Assembly: GCF_036588685.1 (NCBI RefSeq)
Contig: NC_086375.1
Span: 4,464,001 to 4,528,000 of the forward strand
Length of the DNA stretch: 64,000 nt
Origin: Mytilus trossulus
Lineage: Eukaryota
Reading direction: 5' to 3'
Shown here: in pieces, positions 13,172-26,350 of the stretch
Layout: each line of letters opens with the position of its first letter
Position numbering within the stretch: position 1 is the first letter of the stretch
The notes under the pieces: model-generated
Told to the model about the DNA's origin: nothing
Database searches by the model: none
The model's input: the letters and a program-made list of their open reading frames with translations, nothing else
Translations under genes and position numbers: made by a program

Positions 13172-16100
13172 TCATGAATGTTTAGTAAAGAATTTCCAAT
13201 AAATAACTCCACCTAGTCCACACACTTCTAACAGGATTATCACAATTAAAATCATCTTGTTGGTCATCACTCTGAAAGAAGCCAAGATATTGTTTATTTG
13301 TATGGTATATCATCTTTTTCTTACACTTTCAACATTTTATCAGCATTTAAAACAGACAATCTATAAACCTCAAGATGTATGTAATTTGTTTTTGAAATAA
13401 AGTATAATTGGTAGGGTTTCTGTTGTTTAAGCTTTATTTTTTAGTAAAATATTGTCTCTTTATTTTACTTTTTTTTACTGACAATGGCGCAAACTTCCTT
13501 TCTTCAGCTTTTTATTACCCTTAGTTTCTTATAATTTTTTTTTAAACATATTTAACCAATTTGTTGTTAATGAGGAATAAAATTCATCACACAATTCGGA
13601 CGTAGGAGGCATATTGTAACATCCAATATTATGTATATCTCTGAGTGTAGATATATCCAGAATTTTATTATGATGTTGTTTACAAAAAGAAAGAAGATCG
13701 TCATATTAGAATTTTCATCAACTTATGGTTTAAGATTTCACTATTAGTATATTTCCCCTTTTTGTGCTTAGACATAAACAGAAACACTCAAACAGATAGG
13801 CCTTGCAATCAAGTCTCTTCCACCAATAAGATAAAATATAATAAAAGAATGCAAACCATTGGCAAATTTATAGAAAGTTTTATGAATTTAGAAGATTTAA
13901 ATTGTCTCCCTTTGATGTTTTGATGTTGCAGAAGATAAATACCAGTAATTATTAAAGAAAACTGCCCTATAAACTACAGAAAATGTGTAAATATCTTACC
14001 TTGTTGCCATGGTTTTAAGGATTTTTCTACTTTTAGATAAATTTGAATCTGTATCATACAGCTGAAAAAGAAAAGGTAAATTTGAAAGCACAAAAGTGTT
14101 TAAAAAAACATGAACTTGGGTTTTGGCTTGATCAATTAATTTGATGTGGCTGGTAGGACTGAACCTCCAAAGTCAAACCACAACCAACACACTTTGAGTG
14201 ATTTTGCATTAATGGACATTAAACCGTAAATGAACCACAACTCAGGTCTAAAATTAAAACCTGCCTTCCCATCCTCCTGTCCTCCCACTTTTGTTTAATT
14301 GAATAGCCCTATTGACTAACTCATATTGGTAATATCAGGTTGTTTTTGTAGTCGATTTCATGTGTATAGGATCCACAAATCCAAATGTTCAATAGACATA
14401 TATGCTGATTTTGGCAAACTATAGATTTAAATATCCTTAAAAATACAAATTTGTTATCAATCCACAAAAATTGGCACCCACATTATATATTTTTATATTC
14501 ACATACCCTATCTCTTGTTCTTCCTAAGGTTTCCCTCTGTCTTCCTAATTCATCAATTATTTCTACCCCTATTTCATCAGTTTCAGCTGCTATCTGATGT
14601 GTCCTTGCAATGCTATCTGTGGCACGATTCAAAGACTGAGTTCCCTGATAAAGTTTGTTTCTCGAAGAAGCTGCCATTTGCTATTACAAGAAAAATGTAA
14701 CTTTACTTATGAAATTGATATTTTCAAACATTAAGAGTTAAGACAGTAGCACTTTCAACCTACAAAGCTCTGATCCTTATTCTCTTTTCAAACTTTGAAC
14801 ATTTCTTGTCACCAACATTTCTTGAATATATAACAAATGGTAAATTTGATGTTGTCGGTCACCATTATATTTTTCAAATAATGATTCCATTATACCGGGT
14901 GAAATTAATTTTAGCTCATTTGCAAAAGCTATTTTAATATCATTCTTTTTGGCCTTTGTAGCTCCAGGGAACATACCAACACCACAATTTGCTCAGAGTC
15001 CTTTTGAGCTAGTGATGATATCAATGGACATGTTTCCTTAAGAAAATACTGTCTTGAAAATGTTCCAAGATCAAAATCACTGTAAACTTCCTTATATTGT
15101 TGTTGTGTTATTTTGAATTCAGTTTTGGATTTTATAAATTTTGGTGCTCCAGTGGATCAATTGTTTATTTTCAGTGTAGAGATTGTAGATATTTGTTTGA
15201 TTGTTATTACTCTTTTGGCCATGGTGTTGACTGTATTTCTTAAACATGTGACTTTCTTAGTACCTTACTAAAATTGCACCAAATATTCATTAGTTAGCCT
15301 GTCTTAAGAACTTATTAAGATTTTTTTTTACATTTACCTCATCTCTATCAAAACCAAAATTATCAGATCCTCTTCCTGTAGCTCCTTTACTTTTCTTCTG
15401 CAAAGAAATAATTTCACTGTTAAAAATTCAATTCAGGTTTGTTTATTTTTCAATGTGAGTGATTTCTAGTACGGTAATACATATATGTCTTTATTTTCTT
15501 GTTATCATAACTAGTCAGCAAAATGCCTCTTTACATACTTATTTAATTTTTTTTGCTTTCTAATTGTTGGAAGGGTAAAAATAATTCCTGAGGCCTTCAT
15601 TTTAAATTCTGTCATTTTCTTCTATGAAATGAAATCTATCTTGCAAGTTTATATGCAGTCAATTATTGTTGATTAATAAGCGTTAGGACAATAGAAAAAT
15701 GTTATGAAATTTTCTATGAGACGCTCACAAGTGCTGAGTTTGAATTTTCAAGGATTGTTTGTATGTGATATAAGATACCTAAGGGATTGGAAAGGTAAAT
15801 AAGTTGACAATGGTACATGTACACAAAAATGTATGATATTCAAGGAGTTGGGGGACAGGATTTGTTTTCTTTACAGAATATTCTTTTTCACCTTTTGCAT
15901 AGTTAAGCTGCATGAAAATTCACTTTTCTTAACATATTCCTTTTAAAGTGGTACCCAACACCTTCACTAAAATTAATTTGGCTCGTTTAACTTTCATAAA
16001 ATTTTGACAAAGTATTTACTTTGACACTTTGACAAAAATATAAAAAATTCAAAAATTTGAACCATCAGTTTTATCAGGAAAATTACACTGGTTATATAGC

Positions 16101-18223
16101 AGTTTGACACACACTTATTTTGGTCATTGAGAAGCTTAATATTCCCTTAACATCACAACGTAATTAAAACGTTAAGCTGATTTTACAGAGTTATCTCCCT
16201 GTAGTGTACCTCCTTAATTCTGTTTTGTTCAGTTATTTTTTCAATTCTTACTAGGTCAAAATGTTCATTTAAAAATATGTTAATTATAGGTTAAACTAGT
16301 GACAATTTTGTGTCAAATGGTGGTCCTTCAACTTCAAATTCTCAAGAGTGCCCCCCCCCCCCCCCCCCACCCCAGTTCCCACCCAGCTTATATCAAATCC
16401 TGACTTGGCTTGTTATTAAGTCATTCTGTATTCATTCCAACTTACCAGATTTTTGGTTATATTATCTAAGTCATGTCTGTAGTTACGTATTCTTGATATT
16501 TGTTGAGATCTATAAGAAATAGGTGCCATCTTTGCTTCACTTTCCATTTCCTGTAGCTGAAATATAATAAAAAATATTGATTAAAATTTTGTTCCCTCTT
16601 TTATTCTTATGACTTAATCCACACCCGTCTAAAATTATGGAATATCTGATTCTTGGATTTAAAATAGTAATTTTAGAAAAAAATACATCAGTTTATAAAA
16701 AAAACTATCAATCATGTTAGTTTTAAGTTTTTGTTTGTTTTTTGTTTCTTGGCAACAATCTAAAGAAATAGTTTCTGCTGTATACATAAATTTTGCACAA
16801 TTAATTCTTGTATTATGGATTCATTTATTTTTGTCCACATTTGTGTTTTTCATTCATAGATATTTTGTTGAGAGAAAAAAATATTTGTAGACTGTAATCA
16901 ACATATTACGAGTTGAACCTTGACCTCTTGCTTTCTATACATTCGCTGTAAACAGAAAATTATTGAAAAGATCTTTTTAACTACATTTTTAGTCTACACT
17001 TACAATGCAGTTTGCTTCTTCAATATTTCTTTCTGCATGGCGAATGGCTGTCTTTTTCTCCTCTGTCAAAAAAATAACAACATAATTAAGAAAAAGAAAA
17101 ATAATTGTCAAAATTATATTTTTTGGTTTAATACAAAATATATATATGTTAACTTATTATGTACAGATAGACTGTTCCAAAACATAATATTTCCCAGACT
17201 CAAATACCAAATAAATTTTTATAATGATGATAGAAGACCTTATGTTGATGCAAATATTTTTTTGCTTCTTTTATTCTTTCTACAAGTAAGATATTGTTAA
17301 TAAATTTAACAGTTACTTTATCATATTTACTGTAAATAGCCTTATGGAACAAGATTGTTATACACGTTATCGATATTTTTTTTCGCCATTACTGAACATC
17401 ACACAGCTTGTAAAAATTTGACATCAAAATACAAAATATCTGTTGCCATAATAGAAAAGTGATTGTTGTAAGACTTCAATGGCTTCAATAGTTCAAGCTG
17501 GACTGTGTCCAATACACCTTATCACTAATCCCGGCTGACCCTGCCGCTTGAACTTTTGACGCATACAACAATCACATTTGCATTATGGCGTCAGATATTT
17601 TGTTTTATGACGTCAGAATTTTACGGGAACCTGTGCAATATCCAGTAATGGCGGACAAATAGTGATAAGGTGTATAGATTCTTGGGTCAGCTGAGAATAG
17701 CAATAAGGTGAATTGTCCCCATCCCATATGTAGTCCTGCATAGTTTCTTCAACATTAGATTCATATTTATTTTTTCCTAGAACAATAAGATTCTGGAATT
17801 CCTTACTACACTATAAAGTAGCCAAGACTTTTAAATTTGGTGCAAAATCATATACATAGCTAGATCAAAATCATCTATAACTTTGAATATTAAATTAGTT
17901 AAGATTTTAAATCCACCCTAGTCTGTAGATAGATATAGGAAGATGTGGTGGTAGTCTAGTCTGTGCCTTTTTGCAATCTTTAACACATTGGAGTTAAGAA
18001 GTTTTATGTAGACTTTTGTCTGAAAACCCAACTTGACTCAGTCTCAGACTTTCAACATAAATTTCTGAATAAACATTAGGAAATTCAAATTGTAAAACAT
18101 TAAAAGTTGTATATATTTACAACCTCCCTCAAAATTTGGGATTTTCCCTTCGACTCTGTCTCTTATACTGTCCAAAACACTTGACAAATCATCCTCAAGT
18201 GACTCAAACTTTTCAGAAGACAT
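13172..18223 (-). CDS. VTI1B: Vesicle transport through interaction with t-SNAREs 1B (Qb-SNARE), complete, 221 aa
   Basis: Exons 18223-18124, 17062-17004, 16556-16446, 15397-15338, 14680-14507, 14061-14000 and 13271-13172 total 666 nt. Protein: MSSEKFESLEDD...EMESEAKMAPISYR...SNARE motif QGTQSLNRATDSIARTHQIAAETDEIGVEIIDELGRQRETL...SRKILKTM...TM segment MILIVIILLEVCGLGGVIYWKFF. Confidence 0.93.
15947..16213. mobile_element. TTAA-flanked MITE (Kolobok-like), copy 1
   Basis: TTAA on both sides, purine-purine start, and about 265 bp highly similar to 25626-25889. Confidence 0.7.
17359..17676. mobile_element. Foldback MITE in VTI1B intron 1
   Basis: About 110-bp imperfect inverted arms (TATACACGTTATCG...GTGATTGTTGTA vs TACAACAATCAC...GATAAGGTGTATA), TA termini, and an extra internal TIR copy at 17513. 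Confidence 0.65.
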
Positions 18224-18435
18224 TTTGACATGACAGTCATGTGATCATTCTAAATACTGTATAAAGTTCGGGATGGAAAATATAAACAAGTGTGGACACA
18301 GATCAATGTGTTTGACAGTGTTTTCTGACAATATGTGTTCTTTATTTTCACCATAGGATTCTTTATTAAACTATTTATACTTATATGTATGGTATCTTAA
18401 ATATGCACCATACATATTCTATTTATAAGGTTCCA

Positions 18436-19090
18436 TAATGAATTTAATCATACGTTTTTTGATTGAGTTAAGTCTGCTAATTGATATTTTATCGTATGTT
18501 TTTATATGTTGTGATGTTATGCTATTGTTTCAGAAAAAGGGAGAAGGTTTGGGCCCATTAAAACGTTTAATCCCGCTGCAAATGTTTGCACCTGTCCTTG
18601 TCGACGTATATTTGTTCCACCTAACAGAAGTTCCAATGGAAACTTTGTTATAAACCTTGTCATAATATCTATTCCTGTTGGAACAAATGTTCTATACCAT
18701 TTATTCCGTTGGGAACATTTATTGTAATATTTATTCCTTTGGAAATAATATTCCAGAACATTTTTTCCTTTTGGAACTTATATTATGAAGGAAATTCTAT
18801 TCCGTGACATTCTAAGTCAGGAATCTGATGTACAGTAGTTGTCGTTTGTTTATGTAATATATACGTGTTTCTCGTTTCTCGTTTTGTTTATATAGATTAG
18901 ACCGTTGGTTTTCCCGATTGAATGGTTTTACACTAGTAATTTTGGGGCCCTTTATAGCTTGTTGTTCGGTGTGAGCCAAGGCTCCGTGTTGAAGGCCGTA
19001 CTTTAACCTATAATGGTTTAATTTTTAAATTGTTATTTGGATGGAGAGTTGTCTCATTGGCACTCACACCACATCTTCCTATATCTATTA
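18436..19090 (+). mobile_element. SINE-like / truncated retroelement family; other copies at about 19265-19412, 24968-25268, 34739-34931(-), 10270-10380(-), 30580-30670 and 57655-57740
   Basis: Shared 3' end TGGAGAGTTGTCTCATTGGCACTCACACCACATCTTC; copies are variably 5'-truncated. Confidence 0.65.
18599..18809. mobile_element. 211-bp MITE inserted into the preceding element
   Basis: Interrupts CCTGTCCT|AAGTCAGG, which is intact at 24975-24990. Termini TGTC...GACA, TCCT/TTCT imperfect TSD, and internal TTCC-N-GGAA subrepeats. Confidence 0.65.
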
Positions 19091-19423
19091 TGTTCCTTAA
19101 CAGTCCACAAAAACTGTAAATTAGTAAAAGGATCTTTTTCAGTATCATTAGACTTTAAAGGCACAATTGTTTCTCAGAAGAGATATTTAATGGTTTTGAG
19201 AAATGACAATGCCTGACATGATGAGTTGGGGCTAGATGAGGAAAAGAAGTAAACATTGTCTTATCGGGGACTTATATAGCTGACTATGTGGTATGGGCTT
19301 TGCTTCAGTATTGTTGAAGGCCGTACGGTGACCTATAGTTGTTAATGTCTGTGTTATTTTGGTCTTTTGTGGATAGTTGTCTCATTGGCATTCATACCAC
19401 ATCTTCTTTTTTTTATATATATA

Positions 19424-20185
19424 CTAGAGCACACCCGTGATATCGCGGATCCGTGACTGAATTAAAGTATATAACTATTCGCAAGCCTTATTTTAGTATT
19501 AGTATTGTCATCTGATAAAGTCATGCCGATTTTAAGATGCTCAGATTTCTCTGCTTTCAAATCTTTCTGTTTAAAACCGTCGAACTGGAACTTATCAATT
19601 ATTGGTAATATTAATTATTTGGAAACGTGACAAAAGTTCCTGGAATGGGGTCTTTTTTAATCAACAGATTTGTCCTATATTAGTTATAAATAAAGTTGAA
19701 TTCTTTGATTCGCTGTTCAAACGTCATACTCGCTGACAAATTAAAAACTGTACCTAAACGCCTTATTTTTAGTCCAGATTTTTAGTATTTGTATTGCTAA
19801 TCTCTTAGAAAGTCTTACTGATTAAAATACTACAATAGGTAACAATTTGACAATTTAGTATTTTCAACCCTGTGATTATGACCCGTGTATATAGCATATT
19901 AATTCTGAATACACCGTTTGGTGGTGCGCCTGTCAGATGTGGAACGTACAGATTAGGTAATAGGTAACAGGTGAATGTACTATTGGTATCGGTATCGGAA
20001 TCGACCCGGAACTTCTTAATTATTGGCAATATTAATTACGTGGAAAACAAAAGGACCTGGAGTGGTGTAATTTTTAATCTACACCTTTGTACTATATCAG
20101 TTGTATATAAAGTTGAATTCTTTGATTCGTCGATTTTACGTGATGACGGCTGACAAATTGGACCTCGTCTTTTTAGTATTATAGA
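19424..20185 (-). mobile_element. Non-autonomous Helitron (762 bp)
   Basis: On the minus strand: A|TCTATAATAC...CCGCGATATCACGG hairpin...CTAG|T, i.e. 5'-TC, 3'-CTAG, subterminal hairpin and AT insertion site. A second copy lies at 34038-36617. Confidence 0.85.
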
Positions 20186-20332
20186 TATATATATATATTC
20201 AGTTCTTCCTTTAAAAATATCTTCAAGTTGAAAATATAAAAAAGAAAACATAAGAAAGCCTGGTTAAAGTAAATAAATCATTTATTAATTTAAAACGAAT
20301 CCGCTTGTATTTTCGGTACGCTCATGAATAAG

Positions 20333-20412
20333 TCTTCTTCTTCTTCTTCTTCTTCTTCTTGTTCTTCTTCTTCTTCTTCTTCTTCTGATTCTTCTTCTTC
20401 TTCTTCTGATTC

Positions 20413-20479
<67 letters not shown>

Positions 20480-20480
20480 A
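20333..20480. repeat. Compound (TTC)n/(GAT)n microsatellite, probable 3' tail of the adjacent LINE
   Basis: Directly visible; lies downstream of the minus-strand LINE ORF end. Confidence 0.85.
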
Positions 20481-20729
20481 TCTTCTGATGATATACAGTT
20501 ACAGCTTCATTATTATTGAAAATTACAAACAGTATATGATTAAAAAATATGAACAAAATTTTATCTTTAACTTAGTAGAATACTTGGTGATATTTACATG
20601 AAAGAAAACAACAAGTGATTAAAAAATATGTACATTGTTATTTATAGAATTAAATTATGTTGTGGAGAACAGTTGGTGTCAACTGATCTCTGTAAATTTC
20701 AATGGTTTGACTTGCTACCACAACTTGTT

Positions 20730-21625
20730 CTATTGAATGATTGTTTCCGGAAAGAATGACCGTTTGTAGCTGTCTTTAGAGGTGGACATTTGCCGAAATG
20801 TATGGGTATGTAATTTTCTTGTTCTAGTATCTGATGGTATGAGGACTAGTGATGGGATTGCAATGAGTCCATGGAAGACCTTGTAGAAAATGATAAGTCT
20901 GGTTTTGAGGCGGCGCTCACTGAGTGAGGGCCATTGTAGTTCGTTTAACATGGATGTAACACTACTGGTGTTGTGGTAATTGTTACATACATATCGGGCC
21001 GCACGCCTCTGTACCATTTCTAGCTTATTTTTATAATCTGCTGTGTGTGGATCCCATAGACTACAGGCATATTCAAGTTTTGGTCTCACTATTGATTGGT
21101 AAGCACGGGATTTGATACTTTTAAGTTTCGCCTAAGAAAGCCAAGAAATTTATTTGCATTTGTTGTAGTGAATGTTCCATTTTAAGTTAGACTGTAGGGT
21201 TACGCCAAGATATTTAGCAGATGTTACTAGTTCTAAAGTATGGTTATGAAGGATGTAATCGTGTTTAAATGTGTTTTTTTTTTGTGTGATGGTTAAGATA
21301 GTGCATTTTCCAGGATGGAAGGCCATGAGCCAATCAGCCTCCCATTTCGCTGCTGCGTTAAGATCTTTTTGTAAATTTGTGCAGTCTTGTTGACATGTAA
21401 TTTCTCGGTATATAATACTGTCATCAGCGAAGAGTCGTAGTTTGCTGTGTTCCAGGTATTCTTGAAAATCATTAATGTATATTAAAAAGAGTATAGGCCC
21501 AATGACAGTTCCTTGGGGGACACCTGATGTTACTGGTGCTGTAATTGATGTTATTCCATCTATTACCACTGTTTGCGTACGGTCTGATAAAAAAGCCTGA
21601 ATCCATTTTAGAGTGTTACCTTTAC
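20730..21625 (-). mobile_element. 5'-truncated, frameshifted CR1-group LINE reverse transcriptase fragment
   Basis: ORFs 21150-21569 (SGVPQGTVIGPILFLIYIND, LFADD, KYLGVTL) and 20730-21089 (RPKLEYACSLWDPH, LEMVQRRAARYV, SFFPETI). Confidence 0.9.
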
Positions 21626-21744
21626 AGTATTAGCTGGTCAAAAAATACAAAACGGTTGAATGAAGATTTAATAAAAATGTACAGATATGAGCAGGATCTT
21701 GATGTGTTCCTCCTTTTTTTTATTCTTTAATTTTCAGCCAAAAA

Positions 21745-21784
21745 ACTCAACTCAACTCAACTCAACTCAACTCAACTCAACTCA
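21745..21784. repeat. (CTCAA)n pentanucleotide microsatellite
   Basis: About 8 perfect units are visible. Confidence 0.9.
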
Positions 21785-22741
21785 TCTACAGAAGGATTGG
21801 GTCCATTTCTTTGTATTATTCTTTTTTGTCATTTCTCTAGGTTTTTTATAGGTAAAAAAAAACTGGTTGAAATTTTTGGAATGAAACAAATTACATAACA
21901 AAACAAAACAAAGGAGTATACAGATGTCAGGCGAGCGGAATGGGTCGGGGGCATTTCTGTATTCTTCCAATTTGTTGGTGCCATTTTCCTGTTTAGTTCT
22001 ATACTTTGTATTTTAGTCTACTGCATATTCTCTATTCCTTATTTCCCTTTTCTTTTTTCTATTGTATCTCATTATTTCTTATAGAACTGAACGAATCTGA
22101 ATAACAGCAATTGCTAATTAATTCAAAATCGACGCACCGTGAACTACTCATGTTGATTGTGTTTCGAATTGCTTAATAATCCAGTCACTTGACCATGACC
22201 TAGGGACAGGGACTCAAAATAGTCGTCAAACTGATATGTACTGATAGCAATGAAATTTCATACAAACTTTTGATTCATCACATAGAGTTCGGAGACAATT
22301 TGATCAATGCAGGTAAAGCAACTTCTAAGTCCAGCCTTCTGAGATTTGTCTTTCATCGAGAAAACTATAAGAATAGATCTATAAACATGTTAAATACCAA
22401 ACATTACCAGCATAACGATTTTTGCCTAATTAATGAATTTTAAAAGATATATAGAAACTTTACATAAAACTATCAATGTGACAATATGATAGGCGAGATA
22501 TATATATATAAATATATATGAAATATATTTATATTTATATTGATGATTACATATTCTTAAAATACTTATTAAATTGAATAAAATAAATACAGGGGAATAT
22601 CTATTAAGAAAATCATGACCTTGTAAAAGGTTGTTCAATTGACCGCTACTGCATATGAAATATTTACATGCAGATCATGAGGTGACATGTAACAATTAGT
22701 TAAACACTGGACATACGTGTATTGCATACCATGTGGAGACA

Positions 22742-23044
22742 TGTAGCAATAACAATTAGTTAAAACACTGAACATACGTGTATTCTTTGACCATCAATTT
22801 CCAGGTTGGTCAAAACATGTCAATTAGAGACAACTTAATAGATATTCATCCCTGCATCTTTTGATTTAAACTATAATGGTCAAATTAATAGAAACTTTGA
22901 CACTGTTTATATTCTGTATATATACTTGTGTATTTTACTGTATAGAGGAGACCGTCCGTTATGGACACTGGTCCAGACGGGCTTGAATAAACTACTATTC
23001 CAAATAACCATGTGTTGTGTTACATCAACAAGACAAGATCTACA
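22742..23044 (+). mobile_element. Possible solo LTR
   Basis: TGTAG...CTACA termini, internal AATAAA near 22987, flanks GACA/AACA (imperfect 4-bp TSD). Confidence 0.3.
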
Positions 23045-25625
23045 AACAAGTCAAATACTACTGAAATCGTAGACCTTTTTATAGGAGTGACCATGATTAA
23101 ATGACGATTTTTCTTACTCCTTTTGTAAATTTGGCAATTAAATAAAAAAAACATCAAACCTTGACTTCTTCAATCTTGCACCCTTCAAATCTTTGAAAAA
23201 ATAAAGGTTAGCAATCTGTCTTTGTGCTTAGACTAAGGAATATCGTTCGATTGTTGTTTGCTTTACGTCCAGTGGCAAATATTTCATGATTTTCCTGCAT
23301 AAAACAAATAAATAGATGCATCAGTTAGGTCATGCAATTGAGCTCCTGCAATAGAGAGGGTAAGGAAATTTGAGATGTCACTGAAAAATGAAGATGTATT
23401 GGATAGGGACAGAAATTTAGCCAAAGGGTAGAGAAGTCAATGATTAAAATCACAATCTTTTAAATATATAATGGAAAATATAAACACCTTTTTTTCCTTC
23501 TTTCTCTGGATTTGTATGGGTGTAAAACATATTAGGCAGTTGTGCCATACTTCTGACAACACAAACCCTTGAAAGTTAGAAGGCTTGAATATTTTTTTAA
23601 CATTGATATTTTTGACATTTTTTTTAACAGAATCTCATTCTGTAAATGCTGTTATTTTCTACCAGTAATAATTAAAGTTTTCATGTTCTGAAGTTATGGT
23701 TGACATAAGGATGAGAAACGGCAACCCCTTTAAACTAGACCAATGACACAGGAATATAAATTGTGTCCATTTTTGGAAACATAGCATAACAGAACAACAA
23801 TATGCATCCATAGAATACCATGCCTTTTTTTTTAATATCTCTATCTCATCTCTATATTTAGTGATTCTGAAAATGTGGGTAAATATCATAATTTTGCAAA
23901 TATTCTATACAAAGTCACATCACAATAAACATGTGTACTGAATTTATGTGACCACAACTTCAAGACAGACCAGAAAGAATAATATTATGTCCCTCTTCTT
24001 TCATAGATGAGGCCAAAAAAATAAAGATTAGTTATTGCAGGCTTGAGTTTTGAGCAAAGATGTTACAACTGTCTTAATCTAGGCTTTACAAATATAAAGA
24101 AAATGTTTGTCTGCATCCAGAAATGATGTATTATTGGTTAGTGTTATGATACTAACCACCCTAATAAAGTTTGAGTGATCCTTCCCCTTTAAGAATTCCT
24201 ATAATTTTTGGAATTTTGATACCAAATGTGTAAAATATGATTAAGAAAATCATATAATGACCTGAGCTTTCTCATTGGCATTAAAATCTTTATTGCCAGC
24301 CCTTCATTTTAATTGATTAATTGTTTTTGTTAGTGTTTAATGCCACTATCAACATATTTGGCTATTTTGTGGTAGTCAGATTTCATTGCAGGAAGCCAGA
24401 GTGCAAGAATTGAATGAAATGTACCGGACACCAGGTAGGGTTGCAACCCACAACCTCAAGTGTTGAAAGGCCAGTGATAAAATTGTTGGTGTACTTAAAC
24501 CACTAATGAACAGTCGCCACTCATTCACTTTGACATATAAATGTGCAGCCATATCTTTTTGAAAATGGGATGTTAACACTGATGCCTCACACATTACTGT
24601 GTCACCCTATTCTCACACTTCTCATCATTCAAGTCAATAAAATTAAATAGATCTACCAAATGAATTCATTGATATTTTGATCTTTTTCCTATATATACAG
24701 GACATATTTAAACTGGAAAGTATCAGCAAATCACCATCTGTCAATCACTTAGTGCACATCTGGTAAATTGTTTTGAGTAAAAGACAAGTGTATGCATATC
24801 ATGTTTATCAATCATGGACTTTTGACAAGGTCATTTTGTTATATATGGACCTGTTCAGATTATATTGACCCTGGTTGAAGTACTAGTGTCAATATAATAT
24901 AACTTCATAGTATTCTTGTATTCTTATCACTTGCATTTAACATCAAATTTTAGAAATCTCCTAATAAACTTGCACCTGTCCTAAGTCAGGAACCTGATGT
25001 TCAGTGGCTGTTGTTTTTTTATGTGGTTCATAAGTGTTTCCTGTTTCTTATTTTTTGTATAGATAATGATTATACTGTGGCTTTTCAGGTTTGAATGGTT
25101 TTACACTAGTCATTTTAGGGGCCCTTTACAGCTTTACTGCTTTCTGTTTTGTTTAGACAAGGCTCTGTGTTGAAGACCATAGTTGACCTAGAATGTTTGT
25201 TTTTTTAATTGTGACTTGGATGGAGAGTAGTTTCATTGGCACTCATACCACATCTTCTTATATCTATTTATGCAATGAAATATCAAAACTAATTTTAAAC
25301 TTCGTTTTTATTCTTATATATTATATACAATGTATATGCATATATACATCTTTTTTGTGTTTTTTTTCCCTCTCCATTACAATTACATATATCAAAACCT
25401 AAAAGGCTTATATAATATGCAATATTAATATCATTTACTAGTTAAGCTTAAGACACCCAATTCATTGCAAAACTATCACATACCTTTTCTAATGTCATTC
25501 TAGTATCAATACAGGGGGAGATAATTCAAATTAACATTTCTGCAAAATGCTTGTTAATAAACAATCAAATTTATGAAGTGCTATTTTAATATTTCTGCAA
25601 ATGTTGCACCTTCTCATGTAATTAA

Positions 25626-25889
25626 GGTAGTACCTAACACTTTAACTGAAATTAATTTTGGCTCTTTTAATTTTCTTAAAATTTTGACAGAGTATTTACT
25701 TTGACCCTTTGACAAAAATATAAAAATTTGAACCAACCATTTTATCAGAAAAATTACACTGGTTATATAGCAGTTTGAAAAACACTTATTTTGATCATTG
25801 AGAAGCTTAATATTCCCTTATGAACACAACGTCATTAAAACGTTCTGCTGATTTTACAGAGTTATCTCCCTGTAGTGTTAGGTACCATC
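25626..25889. mobile_element. TTAA-flanked MITE (Kolobok-like), copy 2
   Basis: TTAA TSD at 25622-25625 and 25890-25893; TIRs GGTAGTACCTAACAC / GTGTTAGGTACCATC. Confidence 0.75.
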
Positions 25890-26185
25890 TTAAACATATA
25901 AATACATATTTCTAGGTTGATTTTTTAATTTTTGTAAAAGTAGCCAATGTAATTAACTATATAAAAGAGAGTTATATTTTTTTTTTAGGGAGGTCATGAT
26001 ATAAAAGACAGGAAGCATCTAAATTAATTACATATAAATTATGCTTAAAAAATATTGATGGTTTTTGAGATTCAACCTTATCTCTTGCTTTTGTTTTAGG
26101 TGAAATTTTTAAAGATTCTGAACTAAAGTTTATCAAATTTGTATACATGAATTGGGAATAGATGTCAGATGTACAGCAATTAGAC

Positions 26186-26350
26186 CAGGCCCCTAGTCAG
26201 GAATTTCAAAGGGGGGTATTTGGATGCACAAACTTGTCTTTAACAGTCACAATTTGAACAGAAGTTGACTTTAACAGTGCAGCTGCTTATTTGTTTTCAA
26301 GGGGTGGGTGGGGTGGGGGGGTTCGTCTGAACCCCCTGGTTACGGGTATG
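26186..26350. mobile_element. Short GC-rich MITE
   Basis: Imperfect TIR CAGGCCCCTAGTCAGG / CCTGGTTACGGGTATG flanked by a TAGAC direct repeat. Confidence 0.45.

Noticed and set aside
16330-16385. Poly-C tract and PPPPPP ORF (16310-16522); possible G-quadruplex on the minus strand
   Set aside because: A simple homopolymer in a VTI1B intron; the ORF is antisense to a real exon.
18530-18828. Superficial likeness to cobalamin riboswitch words (AAAAGGGA, CCCGC, AAGTCAGGA)
   Set aside because: It lacks the rest of the consensus, lies in a high-copy animal repeat, and short-word matches are expected by chance. It is retained only as an unclassified structured-RNA candidate.
19805-20029. Similar ORFs MPIIKKFRV... 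at 19805-20029 and 34194-34463 as a gene family
   Set aside because: Both lie in copies of the same non-autonomous Helitron, have non-ATG starts and show no recognisable domain.
20290-20556. Ser/Glu-rich ORF
   Set aside because: It is a translation of the (GAT)n/(TTC)n microsatellite.
22080-22316. Possible non-coding first exon ending CAG|GTAAAG
   Set aside because: No downstream exons or ORF could be linked to it; unsupported without transcript data.
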